Source of the DNA: Xylographa opegraphella
Lineage: Eukaryota
Length of the DNA: 64,000 nt
Assembly: GCA_022813865.1 (NCBI GenBank)
Contig: JALDZX010000019.1
Location: 248,001 to 312,000 of the forward strand
Direction of reading: 5' to 3'
Positions 12,208-21,875 of the stretch are shown here, piece after piece. The position numbers and the translations under genes were made by a program. The first letter of the stretch is position 1, and each line of letters begins with the position of its first letter. The notes below the pieces were generated by a model that saw only the letters and a program-made list of their open reading frames with translations, was not told where the DNA came from and did no database searches.

Positions 12208-13784
12208 ATGGTTTCGCCTGACGACGACAGCGAGCCCCCCTCTCCTCAACTTCCCCAGCGTACCGCAACTGATAGAAGTTCGGCCGACACTCCTCGCAAT
12301 GGACAACCAGAGCCTAAGGACCGTAAGAAATCCCTGCGAAATAAGAGACAAGGAACGCACAAGTCGGCATTGCAATGGGCCGCCGGCTGGGAAACGAAAG
12401 GGCGCGCCCCGTACCACGATTACATCCACAAGCTCGTCGAGGCTGGATGGGACAACCTCAGGGACGTGGATGAGCACATGAAGCAGAATAGTGAGGATAA
12501 GGATCTAGTCGTATCTGTTGTCGATATCTTGGACACTTTTGAAATGAAAAGACGGATTGACATCCGAGATGTGCCCGCCCTGGATACCTTTCTAGCAAAC
12601 GAGAGCCGCGAAGGTGTCAAGGTCAGACTCTACATGGCAGAGCAGCGTGGTAAGCTCTCAAGTGCTGTAATGGAATCATTGGGGGCGAACCTAAAACTTG
12701 ATCCACGCTTCTTCCAATGGAACATTATGGGGAGCAATAATCTCATGTCTCCGGCGGATCGGCACCGAGCGCCATTTACGAGTATCGGCTTCACTGTACT
12801 GGATCCTTCGACGGCGAAGGTGACAGACACCTTCTTCTTCCGAACAACAATCTACATTCAGCCGGACGAAGTGGGAGCCGGCTGGACAGGTCAGCTGATC
12901 TTGCCTGTTGTCAACAAAGTTATACTAATATTGGCAGGCGTAATCTTGTTCAACTCACATCTAAAGACGGATATATTCATAAACGCTGTCGTGACTCCGC
13001 CACCCTTCAATCCTTTGGTTTCTGTTCCACCCCCGGTTGAGCGAAGACCGCATACATTTCGCGAGCTATATTTGTCAGGACTTTTCTTCCTCAAGCCGGA
13101 AGAAATGGTCGAGTCACCTTTTTATACAATTCACATGCTCTTTCGACTGAGCCGGCGTTGCTGGTCAGATGTGATCACTGCTATCCGAGAGCAAGATACG
13201 CGTATCAATGGCATCTCAGAAGCATCGGTCAATCATGTTGAAGATATTCGAAGGACATTCGACATCGTGAAAAGGGGTGGCAGTCTCGGTTGGCAGAAAT
13301 GCTCCAGTCCCGAAGTGCTGGAAGTGGGAGAAAAGTTGGAAGAGGATTTCACCCATCTGCTCAAGCAAGCCGACTTCCTCTGGGATTCGCGAGAGAAACG
13401 AGCTCAGGTGGCTCGGCGTAAAGCAGAGGCGCGATGGAATGCCCTGACCAACGCATTTACCTTCGTGTATGTATACGTCCTGCAGGAGTGCTGTTCGCGC
13501 CATGCTGAGTTTGCTATAGGTTTGTCCCTATCACGGTTATCAGTGGAATATATGGAATGAATGTGTACGAGATCAATGGCTCCCCACCAGATATTTGGCA
13601 ATTCTTTGTCGCTACTGCGATCATGGATACCATCATTGTCCTAGCTCTAGCTCTTGCTAACTTTGCACACGTTGCGAGACGACAGAAAAGGAGGCCAGGG
13701 ATCAAGGAGATCTTCAGCTTTGCGGTGGGAAGGTCAGTGTCCATTTCGCTTATTCCGTCGCGTCTACAACTTATACTTACCTGA
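12208..13784 (+). CDS. CorA-like (GMN-motif) membrane protein
   Basis: After removing introns (about 12889-12937 and 13466-13519) the C-terminus reads LTNAFTFVFVPITVISGIYGMNVYEING...IWQFFVATA, i.e. TM-GMN-TM. The 3' end is uncertain (possible extra intron near 13733). Confidence 0.75.
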
Positions 13785-13949
13785 AGCTGATGGATATGAT
13801 CAATTGCCAGGCACTAGTGGTTATCATATCGAGCCCTGGATGTATTTGACACGTATATTGATCAAAGCTATGGGTTCATGCAAGGTTATAATACTTACGC
13901 TTAAGGTAGCCATTGGGAATATGTTTCCAATATATCCGGCCATATTATA

Positions 13950-14110
13950 AGTGGATGAGTTCATCAACCTGACCACCACGGCGCTACAATTATCTGTTAA
14001 GTTATAAATGAGTTCATAAACCTGATCAACACGTTCCTGCACTTGTGTGTTAAATCTACCTTATAAGTTCGTTAACCTGATCAACACGACTCTGCAGTAG
14101 TGTAATAAAG
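13950..14110. repeat. Diverged ~54-bp minisatellite, 3 copies with a conserved 23-bp core
   Basis: Core AGTTCRTHAACCTGAYCAMCACG at 13958-13980, 14011-14033 and 14066-14088. Confidence 0.8.
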
Positions 14111-14455
14111 TCTAACACAGCAATTTACCTAAGGTAACTTTCGGTGTGATGCCTGCTCATTCACACTCACCAACCTCCCTGTGTTAAGTGTTTTGCAATC
14201 TTACTTCGCACTAGCTGACTATATCTTCTTCTTCCTTCTCTCTCAATCCTTCTCTTCTTTACAACTACGGTTCTTACTGACTTTATCATCCTGATCAAAG
14301 TCACCATCTTTCATACATCTTCAATCTTGTACAGAGCTTCAGCTCTAGCATCACCATTCGTCACTCTTGCATAGGATCCTTGAGATTCTTTATCATCCAT
14401 CTTACATCCTTCCTCTTCTTCATTAACACCCACTTCTTACCTCCCCTCATACATC

Positions 14456-17400
14456 ATGATGCAGTTTTCTGCCTTGATCGGACTTGTGTGGCACACAGTC
14501 CTGGGCCTGTGGGCCAATGAAGAAGTAGCAGACGACGAGAAGATGACTTCCCTCCCAACCCCTACCACCCCGATCGTGGTTTACTCCACGGTCACAGAAC
14601 CTTTATACAGCATGCCGGCCCTCTTCTCACTCTCTTCCATCTTCTCCCTCATCTCGATGCTCGTCATCAGCATCATCTACCTCTCCAACCTCCCCGACCG
14701 ACTGTTCACGACTGCATCCCTGTCCTATTACAGGGGTCTCGGACGACGTCAATCCGAAAAGCTGCAAACGCTGATTGCCCAGCACCTGGTCGATGCAACT
14801 CAAATCGAGCGCCTAGAGATCGCTGTGGCTCAGCATCTCGAAAGCCTCCGATTGGCCACGGAGCAGCATGAAGCACAGTTACGGACCGAGCGACAGAATC
14901 ATCAGGCTGAGATCGGCAGCTTGAAGAGTGAACACGCCAGACAACTTGAGCATCTCCACCAGACTCACGCCAAACAAGTCGAGCATCTCCACCAGACTAA
15001 CGCCAAGGCAACCGAGCTTCAAGCAGCCAGGGAAGCGCAAGCTTCCGACAACCATCGCATCGCCCAAGATGCACTGCTAAAGAAGCTCCGTGAGTCACAG
15101 AACGCTTGCCGAACTGCGGATTCCAAGTTCGAGGAACTGGAAGTTCGTAGTGACCACCACATCAAGCTTCTGGAGAAGCACATCGAGGTCGTCGAGGCTA
15201 GAGAACGGCGAGCCCAGCATGAGCTTTCCATGGAAAAGTTCGTCGGCGAGGATGAATGGAAGAAGCTGCGGGAAGAGAAGCGGCTTGCCGAGGGCGATGC
15301 ATTTGCGGCCAAGATAGAGACAGAGCACAGCAACGATCACCGCCGAGAAGTCATTGCGATGTACATCGCACAAAGCGAGGATCTAGCAGCAGCGATCTCA
15401 ACCGAAGGCACAGCTACCCAGAAGGTGAAGGAGTTGGGGGTGGAAGTCACCCAGAAAGAAGCGGAATTGGTCGAAACTCGTGAACGCAACGGAGCACTTG
15501 AGGCATCGATCCTCCAAGTGCAGGCGAACCTTGCCGAACGAGACCAGCAACTAAGCAAGGCCGAGGAAGAAAATACTCGTGCCAAGCAAAAGCTGGAACG
15601 ACTAAAGAAGAAATTGCCTCGGGTGCAGGTCACAGCAACCGGGCAAGAACTTCAAGACGCGAAAGCGCAAATCGACAAGTTGAAGGCAGAGCTGACCGAC
15701 AAAGACTCTCAAATCACCAAGACCACTGATGATTTGAGGGTGTCGAACGACAGCCTCACCGCATCAAAGCTTGAAACCGCGACTATCAGTGCCCAACTGA
15801 ATAAAGTCAAGGTGGAGCTAGCGGGAGAGCAAGAGTCGTCGAGTGCGGAGCGGAGCGCACTCAAAACAGCCAAAGCCGAACTGTCGGTATTAAAAGGGGC
15901 AAGTGCCCGAGTTTATCTTGCTAACCAGACAATTGATACCATCCGGAAAGATCTGACGACAGCCAATGCAGACCTTGCGAAGAGCCAAGCAGAACTACTT
16001 GACTGTAAAGCCAACCTGGTGAGCAGTGATGCAAACCTGAAGAGCAGTCAAGCAGAACTGGACAAGGTCAAGTCGGATCTGGAGATATCGAAGGCGGCAG
16101 TCTGGAATCACCAAGCTACGGCAGTCCAGACGAAAGCCGACCTCACGAATGGTCAAGTGGAGCTCGACCGCACGAAAACATTGCTGGGCAACACTCAAGC
16201 AGAGCTGGCACAACAGAAGGCAACGCTAATGGACACTCAAACCGATCTTGAGAATACGAAAGCGGAACTCTTGGGCGTCAAAGCACATAAAGTGAGTTGC
16301 GACGCGACTATCCGGAAATATGAATTTCTCGGAAAGAAGCTCGAGGCTCAAGTGGCCAACCTGACTCAAGCGAATGACGGCTTGATGCAGGAAGTCAACT
16401 CACTGAAGCGCGACGTCCAAACTGCACGGGAAGAGGCGACATTGATGCGTCAGACCCAGGATCATGATACTACCATGAGTGCAGGTCAAGCAGAGAACGC
16501 CAAGATGCCAGCAACGACTGACGAACAGGATCGAACCTGTTCCGAAGACGCTGCGATGAGTGATGCAAACCAAACGTCGGAGAACGTTTGGCCGGAAACA
16601 TCGGGACAAGACAGTCAAGGGTCGGTCAAGGATGACCAAGAAATGAAAGATCAAGTTACTTGGGAAACACACTCGGGTACTATACCTGGTGTTCCGAGTA
16701 GTAGTCGTGAGCTAAACAACCTTGATCTGGAGTTGCTTGGAGAACAGCCCGAGACGTCAAATGTCCCCATTGCATCAAGTGATTACGCTTTCAATTTCAT
16801 GGCGCCACAGAATACCGTCTGGCCGCCATCGAATAGCGAAAATGCAGTGGATGAATCCGAAGAAGCACGCCCGGCAGAGGTATTGACAGAGGTGGATGAT
16901 ACAGCTCGCCTGATCGAAGAGGCACTGGGGAATGGACTTCCGGATCTTGACCGGTTGCCTGAACCAGTTCCAGTAACTTCGCAAGCAGGGTCAGAGCTGA
17001 TCTATGGGGATTACTTACCAGCCACCCAGTCAACACCTCAACAGCCCCTATCAGGTCTTCTTTATGGAGCCAGGTCACAGGCTCCAACTGAAGAAACATC
17101 GCTGTCGGCAGTTCCGTCAATGCCGGCAGCACCGCATATGGAAAGGTCCTCTGAGCTGAGGATCCAAGGCTCATCACACGGTGCGTCGCAGCAAGCTTCT
17201 TCAAAGCCAGTCGCGCATCCGGTGGAGCCAAGGACTTCAGACTCAAGTGGAGCTGTATTCGATCACGCTTTGATGTCCCTCAATGAGTGGACTCCGCCAC
17301 AGGAGGACCAGACTCAGGCAGCCATGGCCAGATTTGTTCCCGCGCCATTTGTACCCACGATGGTATCGAGACCGGCAGCAAGTTCTGTACCTAGATCGAC

Positions 17401-18253
17401 AGCACATCGTTCATCTCCATTCTCGACTCATCCTCGGTCAATTGCGCCCGTTGGTGTGTTCAGTCAAGCGATGAACGATGTCACGAACTTTCCTCCCAAT
17501 CCTCTCTCCGATGCGACATTGCCACCAGAGAACCCAGTGGAGATCTTTCCTCAATCCATGTACGGAAGTAGCAATACGCCTAGCCATATCCAGATTGTGG
17601 ATAATAGGCCCCCATCATTCCTCGCCAGTCTGATGAGACCTTCCGTACAGGCACCCACAGTATCCCCGGTCCACAGCCAAGCGCTTCGCCCATCGAGTCA
17701 ATACTCCGAAGCAGCGGACCAGGATCCACGAAGCAGGAGACTTGCGAATCCCGCTGATACGTCAGGCTCGCAAGTTCCTCGCTTTGACCTCGGGGTGATG
17801 AGTCTTCCTGGAGTCTCTGGACAGGGCGAATTTAGCCAAAGGTCGCCTCATTATGCTGTTCCAACAGCAGCGACCACGCATTTGGAGCCTGTTCGTCAAG
17901 GATTTGCAACACTACCTCATGGCAGTCGGCCACAACTACCAAGTGTTGCAACCTTATCCGCATTTTTGGGCCATCGAGTTCCAGCTGCAACCTCGCCCGT
18001 CCTCGGTGGTACGATCGATCGTTCGGTCCCTTTTCTTCATCCTCGCAATCCGCAGCCGCAGGCACCAACTGCAGCCAACCTTGAAGGGCCTGCGGCCGTG
18101 CTTCGGGCCGAGCTGGAAAGTGATTTGTACGAATCGAGCACCGAGGACGAGGAGGAGACGGAGGAGGAGCGAAAAGCTCGTATACTGGCGAAGCTCGCCC
18201 CTCAAGGGCAACGAAAGATAGCCAAGCCGAGGTCGAGGAAGCCTGCTCCATAA
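14456..18253 (+). CDS. Large intronless orphan: N-terminal hydrophobic/TM segments, long coiled coil, Pro/Ser-rich disordered tail
   Basis: 1265-codon ORF; TM-like LFSLSSIFSLISMLVISIIYL; heptad runs such as ADLAKSQAELLDCKANLVSSDANLKSSQAELDKVK; acidic-then-basic C-terminus. Confidence 0.8.
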   Translation: MMQFSALIGLVWHTVLGLWANEEVADDEKMTSLPTPTTPIVVYSTVTEPLYSMPALFSLSSIFSLISMLVISIIYLSNLPDRLFTTASLSYYRGLGRRQSEKLQTLIAQHLVDATQIERLEIAVAQHLESLRLATEQHEAQLRTERQNHQAEIGSLKSEHARQLEHLHQTHAKQVEHLHQTNAKATELQAAREAQASDNHRIAQDALLKKLRESQNACRTADSKFEELEVRSDHHIKLLEKHIEVVEARERRAQHELSMEKFVGEDEWKKLREEKRLAEGDAFAAKIETEHSNDHRREVIAMYIAQSEDLAAAISTEGTATQKVKELGVEVTQKEAELVETRERNGALEASILQVQANLAERDQQLSKAEEENTRAKQKLERLKKKLPRVQVTATGQELQDAKAQIDKLKAELTDKDSQITKTTDDLRVSNDSLTASKLETATISAQLNKVKVELAGEQESSSAERSALKTAKAELSVLKGASARVYLANQTIDTIRKDLTTANADLAKSQAELLDCKANLVSSDANLKSSQAELDKVKSDLEISKAAVWNHQATAVQTKADLTNGQVELDRTKTLLGNTQAELAQQKATLMDTQTDLENTKAELLGVKAHKVSCDATIRKYEFLGKKLEAQVANLTQANDGLMQEVNSLKRDVQTAREEATLMRQTQDHDTTMSAGQAENAKMPATTDEQDRTCSEDAAMSDANQTSENVWPETSGQDSQGSVKDDQEMKDQVTWETHSGTIPGVPSSSRELNNLDLELLGEQPETSNVPIASSDYAFNFMAPQNTVWPPSNSENAVDESEEARPAEVLTEVDDTARLIEEALGNGLPDLDRLPEPVPVTSQAGSELIYGDYLPATQSTPQQPLSGLLYGARSQAPTEETSLSAVPSMPAAPHMERSSELRIQGSSHGASQQASSKPVAHPVEPRTSDSSGAVFDHALMSLNEWTPPQEDQTQAAMARFVPAPFVPTMVSRPAASSVPRSTAHRSSPFSTHPRSIAPVGVFSQAMNDVTNFPPNPLSDATLPPENPVEIFPQSMYGSSNTPSHIQIVDNRPPSFLASLMRPSVQAPTVSPVHSQALRPSSQYSEAADQDPRSRRLANPADTSGSQVPRFDLGVMSLPGVSGQGEFSQRSPHYAVPTAATTHLEPVRQGFATLPHGSRPQLPSVATLSAFLGHRVPAATSPVLGGTIDRSVPFLHPRNPQPQAPTAANLEGPAAVLRAELESDLYESSTEDEEETEEERKARILAKLAPQGQRKIAKPRSRKPAP

Positions 18254-18859
18254 AGGTTTCTCTAGCAATTCGACAATCACAGCGTATACATCAGGTCGCA
18301 TTCCTCCTAGACACTCGACATTTACAGTCCCATTCGCAATGCATGAACAGAGACAAGGAAAGAACCCGGCAACGATCCGGATGAATCTATATAGACGGAG
18401 AGATTTTGTGACATGATAACCATTCTTCGACATACATACATGTAAGTAGCGAGAATGCATCGAAATGATCCAAGAAAAAAAGCTGACTAAAATAACAGGA
18501 AGTTTTTGTACAGTGGGAGAATCCCTGTCCTAAACCTCATGTCGCCGATGAAAGCGTTCTTCAGAGTAATGTATAATGGCAATCATTAGCCACGCTATAC
18601 TCTGGTCGAAGCTCCGGCAATGTCACGTATCGCATTACCAGTATCAATATCGGTACGGTGTTATACATCAAAAGTTGTTGGAATCCACTAATTTTATTAC
18701 AGGTGACTCCAATTTGAATCATGTATTAAGCCAAGCTGCTTCGTGTTCTTTTAAGAACGAGTCACTGAATATAAAGTATGCATCCATTATGACTCCCCAA
18801 TCGCATCACCAAAAACTAATTGCAAATAGTTGATCTGGAGGATTCGGAGAACTTTTCGT

Positions 18860-19790
18860 GTGTGATTTCATACATCAGGCCACATCGAAGCACATGTGTT
18901 CCCGGTCCTATGACAATGCCATTTATGGCAATCTCATCATCAAGTCCGGCACACACGGTGACACTTGTTCCACAGGTGCTTCATCAAAGCATTCACACTC
19001 CACCCCCTCCTTCAACCATGACCCACCCGTTGCCAGCCGCCCAAGAGGCTGGATAACTGCGCCTGAAGCGAGAAATTAACGCCAGGATTCGGGTCATGGG
19101 GATTGTACTTTCAAACGAATCCAATGAGGAGGCAAGACAAGGTGGAGCGAAAGAAGCTAAAGCCGGCGACGGAGAAAAGAATGGCGAAAGCAGCAAAAAT
19201 GGCTGCAAGTGGCGCTGAAACGCATAACACTTTCGGGAACTTCTTCTACGAGACGGCCAATGTGCCGAACCCGATTCCGCCGACGAAAACATCCTCAAGA
19301 GCCATGTATGGCAGAAATCCACGCTAAGCTATACTACGGTCGAGGCTCCGTCAAATTTCATGTATCGTATCGCTCACATCGATGTCGGTGCATCAGAACA
19401 CATCGAAGGATCTACATTACCAGATCCTCGACAATGCCTTTCATGGCAATTTCATTATCAAGTCCGGTACATCCGTCTACACCAATTCCATCAGGGCTTC
19501 ATCGAAGCACCTGCATCCCACCCCCTCCTCCAATCACCGCCCCACCCGTTGCCAGCCGGCCAAAAAGGTCGAAAGGCTACGCCTGAAGCGCAAAATCGAC
19601 GCCAGGATCCGGGCTATGGGGATCAATATTTCAAAAGATTCCCAAAAGGAGGCAGGAGAAGGTGGAGATGAAGGAATTGAAACGAAACGATCAAAAAGAA
19701 ATCGAAAGCGGCGACAACAAGCTGCTGACAACGCAGAAGCGGAAAAACTTCTTCTGGAACTGACGAGACGGCCGATGGGCCGAACCTGAT
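18860..19790 (+). repeat. Diverged tandem duplication of a ~450-bp block (about 18860-19300 and 19390-19790)
   Basis: Shared stretches [98 protein letters not shown]. Confidence 0.85.
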
Positions 19791-20580
19791 GCCGCCAATG
19801 AAGGAGCAAAAGAATGCGCACATGCGACATAATGCTTACGAGCACAAGAATGCTCACAAGCAAAAGCACGCGCACGATGAGAGCTCCAAGGCGTCGGGTA
19901 TGACTTCCAACCATCTCACGACTTCAAGGCTAACATAATACAGGACCTCGCCAAATCCTCTTCAGGAACTTTTACGACGGGACGGCCAATGTGCCGAACC
20001 TAATGCTGCTAATAAAGGAGCAGAACCATACGCATATGCGAAAGAATGCTTATTCGAATCGCACGCGCACATGCGAGCTCTAAGGCATCAGGTATGATTT
20101 CCAACGATTTTTACGACTTCAAAGGCTAACACAATACAGGATCTCGCCGAATCCTCTTTTGGAACTTCTACGACGGAACGGCCGATACGCCGAATTTAAT
20201 ACTGCTAATAAAGGAGCAGAATCATGCGCATATGCGAAAGAATGCTTACGAGCATAAGAATGCTCATTCGAATCGCACGCGCACATGCGAGCTCTAAGGC
20301 AAATGACTTCCAACGATTCTTACGACTCCAAAGGCTAACACAATACAGGATCTCGCCGAATCCTCTTCTGGAACTTTTACGACGGGACGGCCGATGTGCC
20401 GAACCTGATGCTGCCAATAAAGGAGCAAAACCATGCGCACATGCGAAAGAATTAATGCTTAGGAGCACGAGAATGCTCACATGCGAAGCGCACGCGCACA
20501 TGCGAGCTCTAAGGCATCAGGTATGACTTCCAACGATCTCCACGACTCCAAAGACTAACACAACACAGGATCCCGTCGAA
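19760..20580 (+). repeat. Four tandem ~200-bp units, each an exon plus a 46-48 nt intron
   Basis: Anchor RACGGCC at 19767, 19981, 20177 and 20386 (periods 214, 196, 209); a partial fifth copy near 19252. Confidence 0.92.
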
Positions 20581-20823
20581 ACCCGGGTGCTCAAATCATC
20601 CCGGGGACGGTTGACATGCATATTTTCAACCACAAAAAGCAAATCGACTAGTCGGTAGAGGTGGAATCCGTCGATCACGAAAGGAACGAATCGACTGGAT
20701 TTCATCGATCCACGCAAAAAGGAAATCGACTAGTCGGTAAGTGTCTCTGCTGGCTATTCCAGCATCTCCCCCTCTCGAGTTATTCGGAACCCCCGATGTC
20801 GCTAACGAGTATAGCATTTGAAA

Positions 20824-21420
20824 TACCTGTTCGCCGCGCTGCTAAAGCGGCGTGGCGGATGGAGGGAAGGAAATGGGGAGGGTGATGGGGAGAACTGCTT
20901 TTGTGTTTACCTGTCCGAACCGCGTTGCGAAAGCAGCGTGGCGGATGGAGGGAAGGAAATGGGGAGGGCGATGGGAAGATCTGCTTTTGTGTTTACCTGT
21001 CCGAACCGCGTTGCGAAAGCAGCGTGGCGGATGGAGGGAAGGAAATGGGGAGGGCGATGGGGAGATCTGCTTTGTGTCTACCTGTCCGACTGTGTCGCGA
21101 AAGCGGCGTGGCGGATGGAGGGATGGGATTGGGGAGGGTGATGGGGTGAACTGCTTTTGTGTCTACCTGTCCGACTGCGTTGCGAAAGCAACGTGGCGGA
21201 TGGAGGGATAGGATTGGGGAGGGTGAGGGGGGTGGAGGGGGTGAGGGGAGGGGACTTGGTTGTACCCATTCGACTGCGCTTGGGAAAGTGGCGTGGTCGG
21301 ATGGAGGGATAGGATGGGGAGGGGAGGAGGGGTGGAGGGGAGGGGGGGGGGGAGGGGGAGTGGAGGGGATTTGGGTTGGGTATCCCTGTTCGACTGGGTT
21401 GGGATGGTGTGGGCGAGGGG
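20824..21420 (+). repeat. ~85-bp tandem repeat (5 clear + 2 degenerate units), each a hairpin plus G-tract linker
   Basis: TACCTGT anchor at 20824, 20908, 20994, 21079 and 21164; degenerate copies at 21263 and about 21381. Confidence 0.95.
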
Positions 21421-21459
21421 TGGGGATGGATGGATGGACACCTACTTGGGGGATGGGCA

Positions 21460-21555
21460 GGGTAAGTTGGGGAGGGTAAGTATGGGAGGGGTAAGTATGG
21501 GAGGGTAAGTAGGGGAGGGTAAGTAGGGAGGTTAAGTATAAAGGGTAAGTAGGTG
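21460..21555 (+). repeat. Short G-rich tandem repeat (GGGAGGGTAAGTA-like, about 7 copies)
   Basis: GGGTAAGT recurs every 12-16 nt. Confidence 0.85.
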
Positions 21556-21875
21556 GAGGGGAGTTTTCTTCGAGGCCGACGACTGTACGATTTTGTTAAA
21601 GACTGGATGAAGAGGGAGATGAGGTACATTGTTGGGGGGGGGGGGGGAGTGGATCGGGAGGGAACGTGGGAAACGGGCATTCCAGTCAACCTAGCCAAGA
21701 CCATACCTCTGGGAATGAAATCCTCTTTTTTCTCTCTCTGTTTCTGTATCCTTCTCGATCTGGGAAGTCCATCTGCCCGTGACCCAGCCGCTGCCGCAGG
21801 CACATAATCTATGTTGGCTGCAACACCTCCACTTCAAGCCTGCCTGCCTTCTCACGCTTCACTCTGCCAGCGTCC

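Larger units (their letters stand above)
18860..20885 (+). pseudogene. Decayed multi-exon gene (or spliced ncRNA) built from duplicated exons
   Basis: Consensus introns at 19898-19943, 20092-20139, 20521-20568 and 20737-20814. A recurring frame (NFYDGTANVPNLM.PIKEQNHAHMRKNAY) continues across the first intron, but stops and frameshifts interrupt it. Confidence 0.55.

Noticed and set aside
13950..14110. CRISPR array (23-bp repeats, 30-32 nt spacers)
   Set aside because: Eukaryotic context, only three imperfect repeats, mutually similar spacers, no cas genes.
19760..21420. Hammerhead ribozyme or tRNA-derived SINE in the repeats (CTGATG, CGAAA, TTCGAATC)
   Set aside because: No CUGANGA core with the required stems; ATTCGAATC lacks the B-box G, a T-stem and an A-box.
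21460..21555. Interstitial telomere
   Set aside because: Unit is not TTAGGG and is irregular.
20818..21803. Overlapping Gly/Arg- and Pro-rich ORFs over the 85-bp array
   Set aside because: Unit lengths shift frame between copies; the open frames reflect stop-poor G-rich sequence.
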